Shown here in pieces: positions 49,176 through 57,659 of a stretch of 64,000 nucleotides of DNA; within the stretch, counting starts at the first letter, position 1; every line of letters starts with the position of its first letter. Origin of the DNA: an uncultured Gammaproteobacteria bacterium (GTDB lineage Bacteria > Patescibacteriota > Microgenomatia > Levybacterales > GWA1-39-11); contig CAZHDZ010000003.1 in NCBI GenBank assembly GCA_964531275.1, forward strand, positions 33,208 through 97,207, given 5' to 3'. Made by a program: the position numbers and the translations under genes. Under the pieces are notes generated by a model, which made no database searches, had not been told where the DNA came from, and worked only from the letters and a program-made list of their open reading frames with translations.

Positions 49176-50459
49176 CTAAAGTATCGATTTTCCCGAAATT
49201 AATTTTCTTATTTCAAGCATTGCTGAATATGTCGGAAGAATTGTTAACCTTTGTCCTTCAGGGGTATTATTGAAAGCGTTCTGGTATGATGCGTTAAGAT
49301 TGTCACTCACTTCATGGGTGACACCTGCAAAAAGAAGTCTATTGGCCATATCATAAGCTCTATCTCCCGATACGAATACTTTTATTTTTGTCTTTTTTAA
49401 TACTTCAAAGTCTACATCCCAAATCCATGAAATATCTCTTCCATCGGGTATCCTGTCATTAAGAAGAATTAAAAGATTCGAGCTTTTATTTTCAATAGCT
49501 ACTTTTATACTTTCATTAAATCCTGTTGGATTTTTTGATAACAAATACATTATTCGCCTATTATTTATAGAAACTTCCTCCTGCCTCCCGAAGGCAGGCC
49601 GAAGTGTTATGAGAGAATTGAGAATATCCTTTTCTTTATATTCAAATTCGTGTCTTAGAACGGTAGCTGCAGCGTTAAGGTTATACTGATTATACGTTCC
49701 TAATAATTGAGAAGGGATTTCCAAGTTTTCTGATTTAGGATTTGAGTAAGAGCAGTTTGGGCATATGTAATTTCCGAGATGAGAGTAGGAAATCGTAATG
49801 TAGTCAAGCTGGAAATTGCATTTAGGACAAGTTGTGGAATCAACAGCATGACTGAGCGAGCGATTATTCTTATATTTTGGCGGAACGGTAAAGTAGATGT
49901 GTTTGGGAGCACGCGAGGCTACATACGCTATGAGAGGGTCATCTGCATTTGCTACAACGGTTGTTGACGTGCTCAATTTTTCGAATGAATGTATCCATTT
50001 TTCTGCTGTTGTATTTACTTCCCCGTAACGGTCAAGTTGATCACGGAAAAGGTTGAGAAGAATAATTGCGTTTGGATTTGGAATTTCTTTAAGAATTACA
50101 GGAAGAGAGTTCTCATCTGTTTCAAAAATTATAACTTTTTTACTGAGTTTTCCTGAAAGATTTACGTCGGCAACAAGAGTAGAGGCTAATCCATTTATAA
50201 GATTTGCACCAGAATTATTTGTAAGTACTGAATGCCCAATTTGTTCAAGTGCGTGAGAAAGAGCCTTTGTTGTAGTGGTTTTGCCATTGGTTCCGGCAAC
50301 AAGGATAATTTTCAGATCCGGATTCTTTGATATAACTTTTCTAATGAGCTTTGGATTTATTTTTAAGGCAATGTGGCCGGGCCAGGTTGATCCAGATCCT
50401 AGATTTATTATTTTGCCTATTTTAAGAACAGTTTTACCTAACAGTAGACCATGACGCAT
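49176..50459 (-). CDS. murT: Lipid II isoglutaminyl synthase Mur-ligase-like subunit MurT
   Basis: VAGTNGKTTTTKAL, FRDQLDRYGEV, ADDP, the Cys4 ribbon CPKCNFQLDY...CPNCSY, and the C-terminal DUF1727 motif DGRDISWIWDVDFE. Confidence 0.9.
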   Translation of the reverse strand: MRHGLLLGKTVLKIGKIINLGSGSTWPGHIALKINPKLIRKVISKNPDLKIILVAGTNGKTTTTKALSHALEQIGHSVLTNNSGANLINGLASTLVADVNLSGKLSKKVIIFETDENSLPVILKEIPNPNAIILLNLFRDQLDRYGEVNTTAEKWIHSFEKLSTSTTVVANADDPLIAYVASRAPKHIYFTVPPKYKNNRSLSHAVDSTTCPKCNFQLDYITISYSHLGNYICPNCSYSNPKSENLEIPSQLLGTYNQYNLNAAATVLRHEFEYKEKDILNSLITLRPAFGRQEEVSINNRRIMYLLSKNPTGFNESIKVAIENKSSNLLILLNDRIPDGRDISWIWDVDFEVLKKTKIKVFVSGDRAYDMANRLLFAGVTHEVSDNLNASYQNAFNNTPEGQRLTILPTYSAMLEIRKLISGKSIL

Positions 50460-50477
50460 AACTTTTAGTATACCAAA

Positions 50478-51374
50478 CTACATGCTTCGAAGGATCTTGA
50501 TTCGCTCCTCGGCGGGAGGATGTGTGGAGAATAATTTTAACAAAAAGGAAGACCCTTTTTTGGTATCTGTTTTGAATGGGTTTTCTATATATAAGTGTGC
50601 GGTTGCATTACTTGCTGATTTCAATTGATGCTTATCTAGAGCAATTTTCTCAAGAGCACGAGCCAATGCTTCGGGGTGTCTAGTGAGTAATGCCCCATCC
50701 GCGTCAGCTAAGAATTCACGTCTTCTTGATACAGCAAACTGTATCAGCATGGCAGCGATAGGTGCAAGTATAGCTGCGACAATTCCAAGTATCAAAAATA
50801 GGCCATTATTGCTGCTTCTATTATCATCTCTCCCTCCCCACAAAAGGTTTCTCATGAAAAAATCGGCCAGTATTGCAATTGATCCAGCAAGTATGCTTAC
50901 GACTCCCATAAGCCGTGTATCGTAATTTTTGACATGGGAAAGCTCGTGTCCGATCACACCTTCTAGCTCAGCTTCTGAAAGTATATCCAAAAGACCGGTA
51001 GTTGCAGCAACAACCGCATGCTTTGGGTCGCGACCTGTAGCAAAAGCATTCGGAGCAGGGTCGTTAATAACATAGACTTTTGGCTTTGGTAATCCCGAGG
51101 CAATACTTAAATTTTCTACTGAGTTATAGAGAACTCTGTGTTGGTCTCTTTTCGCTTCAACAGCTCCACTCATTGACAGTACGATCTTGTCTGAATAGTA
51201 ATAAGAAACAAATGACATTACACCTGAAATGATGAGCATAATTCCTACGAAGGACATTCCGTATCCAAGAGCACGTCCTAATAGAATTGATACACCCAGG
51301 AATAAGAGAATAAAAACACCCATCATAAGCAAGGTTTTTAGTTTGTTTGATGAAATTTGGCTGTAAATAGTCAT
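50478..51374 (-). CDS. htpX: Membrane zinc metalloprotease HtpX (M48)
   Basis: HELSHVKNYD (HExxH), N-terminal TM helices and a downstream EFLADADGA motif. Confidence 0.85.
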   Translation of the reverse strand: MTIYSQISSNKLKTLLMMGVFILLFLGVSILLGRALGYGMSFVGIMLIISGVMSFVSYYYSDKIVLSMSGAVEAKRDQHRVLYNSVENLSIASGLPKPKVYVINDPAPNAFATGRDPKHAVVAATTGLLDILSEAELEGVIGHELSHVKNYDTRLMGVVSILAGSIAILADFFMRNLLWGGRDDNRSSNNGLFLILGIVAAILAPIAAMLIQFAVSRRREFLADADGALLTRHPEALARALEKIALDKHQLKSASNATAHLYIENPFKTDTKKGSSFLLKLFSTHPPAEERIKILRSM

Positions 51375-51446
51375 AGTTAAAAATTTATCTAAACAAAAAA
51401 TGTCTTCAATTTTCTCGCTGAGATTTTGTTATAAATTTTCACGATA

Positions 51447-52013
51447 TCAGAAATTTATTTTCGGAGTTTTCTTTTCTTCTTCATCTGCTTCGAAGAATTC
51501 ATAGGCTTTAAAGCCAAATTGTGAAGCAATAAGCGCAGCAGGAAATGTTTGGATCTTGGTGTTGTACGCAAGAACATTTGAATTATAGAATTGTCGTGAA
51601 TAACTTACCTTATCTTCTGTATCAGACAGTTCATCCTGAAGGTCTTTGAAGTTGTCGCTAGCTTTTAGATCGGGATAACTCTCAGCAACTGCAAACAATG
51701 ATTTAAGAGCTCCAGTAAGCATATTGTCGGCCTCTGCTTTTTCGTGTAAAGAGTCGGCTTTCATAAGCATACTTCGAGCTTTGGTCACATTTTCAAATAC
51801 TTCTTTTTCATGCTTGGCATAGCCCTTAACAGTCTCGAGAAGATTTGGGATTAGGTCGGCTCGTCTTTTAAGTTGAACATCAATTCCGCTGAGTGCTTCT
51901 TTTATTCTTTCACGAAGAGTAACTAGTGAATTATACGTAAGCCAAATATAGGCAATGAATGCTAGTACGACAAAAATTATTATTCCGATCCACATGTTCA
52001 TAGTAAGAATCAA
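51447..52013 (-). CDS. lemA: LemA family protein
   Basis: N-terminal TM helix followed by the LemA signature [47 protein letters not shown]. Confidence 0.85.
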   Translation of the reverse strand: MILTMNMWIGIIIFVVLAFIAYIWLTYNSLVTLRERIKEALSGIDVQLKRRADLIPNLLETVKGYAKHEKEVFENVTKARSMLMKADSLHEKAEADNMLTGALKSLFAVAESYPDLKASDNFKDLQDELSDTEDKVSYSRQFYNSNVLAYNTKIQTFPAALIASQFGFKAYEFFEADEEEKKTPKINF

Positions 52014-52042
52014 TTATGACATATTTCAGGTTTGATTTCAAA

Positions 52043-53812
52043 TTAGGAGTTAATCCACTCTTCAAGCTCTTTGTAATCCCATGTGTTGATGATATCTTCT
52101 TTTTCTGCCCATCCCCGTCTTGCTACGGCTACTCCATAAGGCATATTATCCATGTGAGACACTGCATGGCTATCGGTGTCTATAACAAATTTAACTCCAC
52201 AGGTTTTTGCTTCTCGTACAAGTGTGTCTGCAAGATCTAATCGTGTTGGCCAGGAATTAATTTCTAGGGCTTTGTTGTGCTCTTTCGCAAATGCAAATAG
52301 TTCTTTCCAATCAACTTCATAAGGATCTCTTTGGTTGATAAGTCGGCCGGAGGGGTGGGCAAAAATTTTTGCCTTTGGATGCGAGAGTCCACTTAAAATT
52401 CTCTTCATCATCTTGTCTCTTGGAGTTCTGAAGGAAGAGTGGATGCTCACTATTGCCATGTCCAGCAAATCTAAACATCTATCGCTTAGTGCTAATTTGC
52501 CATTAACAAGGATATCAACTTCAAGTAAATTAATTATTCGAATACTTTTAGTACTCTTTTTAAGTTGTTCTATTTTTTTGTTCCTTTTCAAAAGTATAGA
52601 GTAAATTTCTTCCTCAGTATGATTTCCAACGCTAGGATTATGCTCTGAAAAACCGAAATATTTGTAGCCTAGTTTCTCAGCTTTCTTTAGCATGTCTTCC
52701 ATCGTATCTTGACCTAGATCGTGACTTGGTTCTATTGGATAATTTGAGTGAATATGAAAGTCACCTTTTATATCTTCTAGAGTAACGAGTTTCGGTAGTT
52801 TGTTGTTGAGTGCGGCTTCAATTTCTCCCTGGTTTTCACGTATTTCTGGGGGGATCCAAGAAAGACCCAGGAATTTATAGAACTCCTTTTCATCTTCAAA
52901 GGTTTTGAGTGTTCCGTCTTTTAGCTTGATGCCTTTTTCCGAAAGCGAATACCCTTTTTTGAGGGCAAACTCTCGTAGTGCGACATTATGCTCTTTACTA
53001 CCAGAAAAATGTTGTAGAAGTGACCCCAACATATTAGGCTTGAGTACCATAAGATCAACCTGCTTATTTCCAGACAGTATTATTGAAGAAGTGATTTCTC
53101 CTCTTTCAATTATTCTGTCTTTATACGGATAGTTATTGAAATGATCTAATACTGCGTCTGGGTTGTTAGAGCTTACTGCTATGTCTACGTCTCCTATGGT
53201 TGACTTCATTCGCCTGAGGCTACCAAGAGTAAAAGCTTGTAGGACATTTTTATCCTTTTTTAGATAGGCAAGCATTGTGACGGATATTTCTGATGCCACT
53301 GCAAGAACCATTCTTGAGGATTTAGTTTTGCCGAGTCTATACTCATCTATAGCACGCTTAATATCACTCTGAGATTTCTCTCCAAACCCTTCAAGTGCGG
53401 ATATTTTATTCTCTATTGCCAGCTTATACACGTCTTCAATAGCACTTCCGGGATCCGTTAACTTAAAATTCTCAACAAGCTTAAAAGCTTTTTTGGGTCC
53501 AAAGGTGGGAATATCTAGCAGGGGAAATATTGCCGGTGAAACGTTTTTAAGGACAGTATCGAAGTGCTCAACTTCTCCAGTATTAAAAAGCTCAAGAATA
53601 TGATTTCTAATACTTGGTCCTACCCCTGAAAGTTTGTCCAGGGAATTATCTGTAAGGAGGTCCTTTACTTCTGTGACGCTTGACTCAATCGAATCTGCAG
53701 CTTTTTGATAGGCAAGGATTTGAAATTTATATTTTCCTTCGTTTTGGATAGTGTATGCTGCAGCAACTTGTCTTAAAAGCCGAGAAATTTGTTCATTTGT
53801 GAACGAGTGCAT
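52043..53812 (-). CDS. polX: DNA polymerase/3'-5' exonuclease PolX (Pol beta-like N-terminal domain plus PHP C-terminal domain). Start taken at MHSF...; the track start 54007 would run into tRNA-Asp.
   Basis: An HhH/Pol-beta fingers and palm region (GFGEKSQSDIKRAI; DVDIAVSS) and a C-terminal PHP domain (HIHSNYPIEPSHD...DTDSHAV). Confidence 0.8.
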   Translation of the reverse strand: MHSFTNEQISRLLRQVAAAYTIQNEGKYKFQILAYQKAADSIESSVTEVKDLLTDNSLDKLSGVGPSIRNHILELFNTGEVEHFDTVLKNVSPAIFPLLDIPTFGPKKAFKLVENFKLTDPGSAIEDVYKLAIENKISALEGFGEKSQSDIKRAIDEYRLGKTKSSRMVLAVASEISVTMLAYLKKDKNVLQAFTLGSLRRMKSTIGDVDIAVSSNNPDAVLDHFNNYPYKDRIIERGEITSSIILSGNKQVDLMVLKPNMLGSLLQHFSGSKEHNVALREFALKKGYSLSEKGIKLKDGTLKTFEDEKEFYKFLGLSWIPPEIRENQGEIEAALNNKLPKLVTLEDIKGDFHIHSNYPIEPSHDLGQDTMEDMLKKAEKLGYKYFGFSEHNPSVGNHTEEEIYSILLKRNKKIEQLKKSTKSIRIINLLEVDILVNGKLALSDRCLDLLDMAIVSIHSSFRTPRDKMMKRILSGLSHPKAKIFAHPSGRLINQRDPYEVDWKELFAFAKEHNKALEINSWPTRLDLADTLVREAKTCGVKFVIDTDSHAVSHMDNMPYGVAVARRGWAEKEDIINTWDYKELEEWINS

Positions 53813-54013
53813 ATACCAAATAGTACCATAAATCGACCGTTTTGGAAGTCCAAATTGCTCTGTTTGAGGCCATTGACGTATAGGAGCTGAGTTGATAGAA
53901 TAATCAGACCAAAACTGAAGAAAGGTTGGGGGTGATCCATTTACAGCGCTTCGCGTTGGGATGGTAGTCGAAGTCCAATAAAGACTTCTCCTCCACCCCA
54001 AAAACACAGTTTT

Positions 54014-54087
54014 TGGGGTGGTAGCTCAGTTGATTAGAGCGCTTCCCTGTCACGGAAGAGGTCGCGGGTTTGAGTCCCGTTCACCCC
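54014..54087 (+). tRNA. tRNA-Asp (anticodon GTC)
   Basis: Cloverleaf folded by hand: acceptor GGGGTGG/TCACCCC, D-arm GCTC/GAGC, anticodon stem CTTCC/GGAAG with loop CTGTCAC, T-arm GCGGG/CCCGT with loop TTTGAGT, discriminator G. Confidence 0.9.
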
Positions 54088-54187
54088 GCAAATACAATAA
54101 CTTGTAAAGCTCGTCTAATAAAACGATCTACAGGAAAAATAACAATCTGCTCAGTCTGCTCACATCTTCTGCCTGGAAAGGAGTTTT

Positions 54188-54880
54188 ATGCCAAAAAAAT
54201 CTACAAAACAAGAAGAAAATGCTTTTGACATTCAAAAGCTGATGCAAAATTCGGATTCATACAAAAGTCTGATATACGGAATCGTAACCGTCGTTGTGCT
54301 TTTTATCGTAATTGCGCTTGGAGTAAGAACCTTGTCTCAAAATAGAGCAGAGGTTGATAACCAAGCAGCGATGACAGATGAAGCAAAAGACGTTCTTACA
54401 AGTTCTTACACAGTGCAAGAAGGGGAAACTCTTTGGAGCATTGCTGAAAAATCATACGGTGATGGATACGCTTGGGTTGAAATAGCTAAGGCAAACAAAA
54501 TATCCGAAGCTGACTCAATCGAGAAGGGCCAAAAACTTATCATTCCAAAAATTACACCAACAAAAGTAGAAGTTGCAATGGTATCGCCAACTACAGTTCC
54601 AACTGAAGTTGTTAAGCCAACTGCACCATCTACCCCTACGCCTGTTGTTACAAAAGCACCACAAGCTATGGATAATGGTGCACAAAAGGGTATGGAGGAC
54701 GCTAATGTAATGCAAAAAATTACAGCCAATACATACACTGTTGTTGCTGGTGACAATCTTTGGACTATTGCTGTTAGAGCATATGGAGACGGATACAAAT
54801 GGGTAGATATTGCCAAGAATAACAATCTTGATAATCCTAACCTTATTTTCTCCGGAAATGTCCTTAAGCTTTCTCGTTAA
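54188..54880 (+). CDS. Membrane-anchored protein with two LysM domains (peptidoglycan binding)
   Basis: N-terminal TM helix. Two LysM repeats: YTVQEGETLWSIAEKSYGDGYAWVEIAKANKI and YTVVAGDNLWTIAVRAYGDGYKWVDIAKNNNL. An AGGAG ribosome-binding site lies 7 nt upstream. Confidence 0.85.
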   Translation: MPKKSTKQEENAFDIQKLMQNSDSYKSLIYGIVTVVVLFIVIALGVRTLSQNRAEVDNQAAMTDEAKDVLTSSYTVQEGETLWSIAEKSYGDGYAWVEIAKANKISEADSIEKGQKLIIPKITPTKVEVAMVSPTTVPTEVVKPTAPSTPTPVVTKAPQAMDNGAQKGMEDANVMQKITANTYTVVAGDNLWTIAVRAYGDGYKWVDIAKNNNLDNPNLIFSGNVLKLSR

Positions 54881-55056
54881 CCTTGGCTGCGCTAAGCTAA
54901 TCTTGGCTTCGCTAAGCTAATCTTGGCTTCGCTAAGCTAATCTTGGCTGCGCTAAGCTAATCTTGGCTGCGTTAAGCTAATCTTGGCTGCGCTAAGAAAA
55001 TCTTGGCTTCGCTAAGAAAATCTTGGCTTCGCTAAGAAAATCTTGGCTTCGCTAAG
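54881..55056. repeat. Tandem direct repeat, nine copies of a 20-bp unit TCTTGGCT(G/T)CGCTAAG(CT/AA)AA; its reverse complement contains TTAGCGCAGCCAAGA
   Basis: Read directly. It begins one nt after the LysM gene stop codon. Confidence 0.9.
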
Positions 55057-55204
55057 GTAGCTCGGTAATAGGTTGTTCGCTGCAAGGAGCGCAACGCTAC
55101 TTAATCGTGGTGGTGTATACTATTGGAGTCATTGAGACGGCGAGAAGTAAAGTTTTTCGAATATCTATTTTGCTGTGCAAATTAGATTAAGTTCAGTGAA
55201 CGCT

Positions 55205-55223
55205 CGTTAAGCTTCGCTTAACG
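55205..55223. promoter_or_regulatory. Perfect 8-bp inverted repeat with a 3-nt spacer, CGTTAAGC-ttc-GCTTAACG, 13 nt upstream of tRNA-Gly; operator- or hairpin-like
   Basis: Read directly. The half-site resembles the tandem-repeat core (TTAGC..GCYAA). Confidence 0.4.
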
Positions 55224-55235
55224 TGAGATGCTTCC

Positions 55236-55306
55236 GCGGGGTTCGTATACCGGTAGTATACTACCTTCCCAAGGTAGGGAAGCCAGTTCGATTCTGGTAC
55301 CCCGCT
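55236..55306 (+). tRNA. tRNA-Gly (anticodon CCC)
   Basis: Cloverleaf folded by hand: acceptor GCGGGGT/ACCCCGC, D-stem GTAT/GTAT (two G-U wobble pairs) with loop ACCGGTA, anticodon stem CTACC/GGTAG with loop TTCCCAA, T-arm GCCAG/CTGGT with loop TTCGATT, discriminator T. Confidence 0.85.
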
Positions 55307-55316
55307 CACGTATAGT

Positions 55317-55637
55317 ATGAAGAGCCATATAGTAGAAACTCTGACTGGTCTTGGCATATGCTTATTGGGATTTGTCCTCGGATTTTTAAATCTCGTGGAT
55401 ATTACTAATGCATCACTTTTTTCCTCACTTATAGCGCTTTGTCTTATTATCGTAGGAACAATAGTTCTTTTCAAAGCAGGGAGACGAGATAGACACGCCG
55501 TAAAATTACCTCCTGTAAGTTATGACAGAAACGAAAAATCTTTGGTGGACAAGCATAATGAATTTGCGCATCACTACGCTAAGACATCTCAAATGAGAGA
55601 TAAATTAAAAGTTATTAAACACTCAGGACACGATTAA
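55317..55637 (+). CDS. Small two-TM membrane protein, paralogue 1 of a tandem pair
   Basis: Two hydrophobic helices, then KAGRRD...LVDKHNEF...RDKLKVIKHSG. It shares KAGR.D / (V/L)(D/E)KHN / RDKLK with the next ORF. Confidence 0.5.
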   Translation: MKSHIVETLTGLGICLLGFVLGFLNLVDITNASLFSSLIALCLIIVGTIVLFKAGRRDRHAVKLPPVSYDRNEKSLVDKHNEFAHHYAKTSQMRDKLKVIKHSGHD

Positions 55638-55673
55638 TTGCAATAATATTTCCAATTTACTATTCTTGTATGT

Positions 55674-56024
55674 ATGAAGAAAATACTTCTTGGTAGCTTA
55701 ATTGGCCTTCTATTATTGGGAGGAGGGTTTGTTAGTGTTTATTTGGGAATGCAGGGAATTTCTGAAGGAGGTTCACCGATACTCCTAGTTGTCGGACTTA
55801 TTTCATTTTGCGGCGGTCTGGGGGTGTTATATAAGGCTGGAAGAATTGATGCATTTAAATCGAAGTTTGCCGAAACTCCAGCTGTCGCTACGCCTGAAGG
55901 TGAAAGTGTTTTGGAAAAGCACAATAAAATCATATCTGAATGGAATGAGACAAATAATAAAAGAGATAAGCTTAAGATGCTCGAAGCAGCCGGTGCTGCA
56001 GACGAAGGAAAGACATTAAGCTAG
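55674..56024 (+). CDS. Small two-TM membrane protein, paralogue 2 of a tandem pair
   Basis: Same architecture and shared motifs as 55317..55637. Confidence 0.5.
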   Translation: MKKILLGSLIGLLLLGGGFVSVYLGMQGISEGGSPILLVVGLISFCGGLGVLYKAGRIDAFKSKFAETPAVATPEGESVLEKHNKIISEWNETNNKRDKLKMLEAAGAADEGKTLS

Positions 56025-56070
56025 GATTGTGGTAACTTATTAGGTTAGGATTGAGTTTTTAAACCTGTTA

Positions 56071-57594
56071 ATGAATTTATCTAGAATAAAGAGCTTTGCA
56101 TTAGATCATTGGGAAGCCATCCTACTGGTATCTCTTATTGTCATCTCCTTAGTGCTGCGATTTTACAATTTTCCCTTTCGCTATGGTTTGGGGGATGAGC
56201 CGGTTAGGGATGCAGCTGTTGCTATTGAAAGCGTTAGGCAAGTGCAAATTCCACTAACGGGTCCTTTTTCTTCAGCCGGTCAATTTACCTTTGGTCCATG
56301 GTATTATTATCAGCTAATTATGGCGCGGGCACTATTGCCTATCGCATATAGTCCATGGATATTTCTAACCTTCGCGTCGGTTGTTTGTATTTTTCTTCTG
56401 TATAAAATTGGAAATTTTTTCGGAAAAGGACTTGGTCTGCTTCTCGCCTTTTTAGGTGCTATATCTCCATCTCTTATTCTTTCGGGAACTCATTTAACAA
56501 ATCCTAATCTCTCAAATTTGTTTGCATTTTTATCTGTGTACCTATTTCTGAGATTAATAAAAAAGGACAAGTCGTTAAAGACCAGTATTGCATTCGGTCT
56601 TTCGTTGGGAATTGCAATTAATATACATTACCAAATGATGGGGCTATTAATACTTCCTGTTCTTTTTGCTCTGCTCAATTATAAAAAATATAAGCAAATT
56701 CTTTTAATTGGCTTTGGACTTTTTATTGCTTTTATTCCACTTCTAATTTTTGATTTACTTAATCACTGGTTCAATTTCAGTCATATTTTTTATTACTACA
56801 CAGAGGGAAAGAATTTAATTTATGTACCAAATAGATGGTTATTTTACGTACGAGACTTTTGGCCATCATACATAGAGGAAGTAACGGGTTTTCCACCGCT
56901 TGCAGGAATTATTGGAGCGCTACTGTTTATTGCTGTTACTGCGCTCTCTATATATCAGCGTAAAATTACAAAGCCAATGGTTCTTCTGCTTGTGGCATTT
57001 GCGGTAAATTTCTTGCTACTTAGATATTATTGGGGTGAAAGATTTTTTGGGTATTTGAATTATATTCGTCCATTCGTGATACTTTTTGAGGGGTATTTGC
57101 TATATGCACTTGTCCAATTTATTCCAGCAAGAAAGATAAAGGTACTCGTTTTTTCAGGAATTGTTGTTGTAATACTTGCTATCAATGCTCCAAAAGTTGG
57201 TCAGCTTTTTGAAAAAGACAAGTTTTCAATATCTGTACACGAAGCGAAACAGGAACTATACAGTAATTACCCAAATGAAAAATTTGATCTCTATATTTGT
57301 CCAGGGCCAGGAAATACTTATTATTCATCACGATCTCATTCTTTAGTTTTTCTTCTAGATGATGAAAAGATGCTATCTGAAAAAGGGAAGCCGGTTGCGT
57401 ACTTTAATAGTGACTGTTATCCAACAGGAATAGATAATGTAGAAGAGGCAAATTTTGTTAGAATAAAAAATACCGATTTGGTCGATCTTTCTTACCACAC
57501 AACAGCATCTATAAGCGCTATGAAGTGGCAAAGACATTCGTTAAGGCTCATTAGTGATACAACGACAAGATGGTGGTTTAATGAACAACCATAG
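56071..57594 (+). CDS. ArnT/PMT_2-like GT-C membrane glycosyltransferase candidate
   Basis: About 11 TM helices. The first loop RFYNFPFRYGLGDEPVRDAAVA...GPFSSAGQFTFGPWYYY is ArnT-like (acidic loop plus aromatic patch). The C-terminal soluble domain is about 130 aa. Confidence 0.5.
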   Translation: MNLSRIKSFALDHWEAILLVSLIVISLVLRFYNFPFRYGLGDEPVRDAAVAIESVRQVQIPLTGPFSSAGQFTFGPWYYYQLIMARALLPIAYSPWIFLTFASVVCIFLLYKIGNFFGKGLGLLLAFLGAISPSLILSGTHLTNPNLSNLFAFLSVYLFLRLIKKDKSLKTSIAFGLSLGIAINIHYQMMGLLILPVLFALLNYKKYKQILLIGFGLFIAFIPLLIFDLLNHWFNFSHIFYYYTEGKNLIYVPNRWLFYVRDFWPSYIEEVTGFPPLAGIIGALLFIAVTALSIYQRKITKPMVLLLVAFAVNFLLLRYYWGERFFGYLNYIRPFVILFEGYLLYALVQFIPARKIKVLVFSGIVVVILAINAPKVGQLFEKDKFSISVHEAKQELYSNYPNEKFDLYICPGPGNTYYSSRSHSLVFLLDDEKMLSEKGKPVAYFNSDCYPTGIDNVEEANFVRIKNTDLVDLSYHTTASISAMKWQRHSLRLISDTTTRWWFNEQP

Positions 57595-57625
57595 ACGCTA
57601 GTATAGGATGCAATCAAATTCCTCG

Positions 57626-57654
57626 TTGACACGATTTGGCCTATTTGATAATAT
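57626..57654 (+). promoter_or_regulatory. Strong sigma70-like promoter candidate for pyrG (-35 TTGACA, 17-nt spacer, -10 TAATAT). The predicted start site coincides with the GTG start codon at 57660, implying leaderless mRNA.
   Basis: TTGACAcgatttggcctatttgaTAATATaaatcGTG. An in-frame TAA at 57654-57656 fixes the start codon at 57660. Confidence 0.4.
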
Positions 57655-57659
57655 AAATC

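Noticed and set aside
53813-54007. 65-residue N-terminal extension of PolX in the ORF track
   Set aside because: The extension overlaps tRNA-Asp on the opposite strand and is unlike PolX. The PolX family N-terminus (ISRLLRQVAAAY...) begins at the internal Met (53812).
55193-55474. 93-aa minus-strand ORF
   Set aside because: It overlaps tRNA-Gly and the start of a plus-strand paralogue gene and has no motif or start-site support. It is probably spurious.
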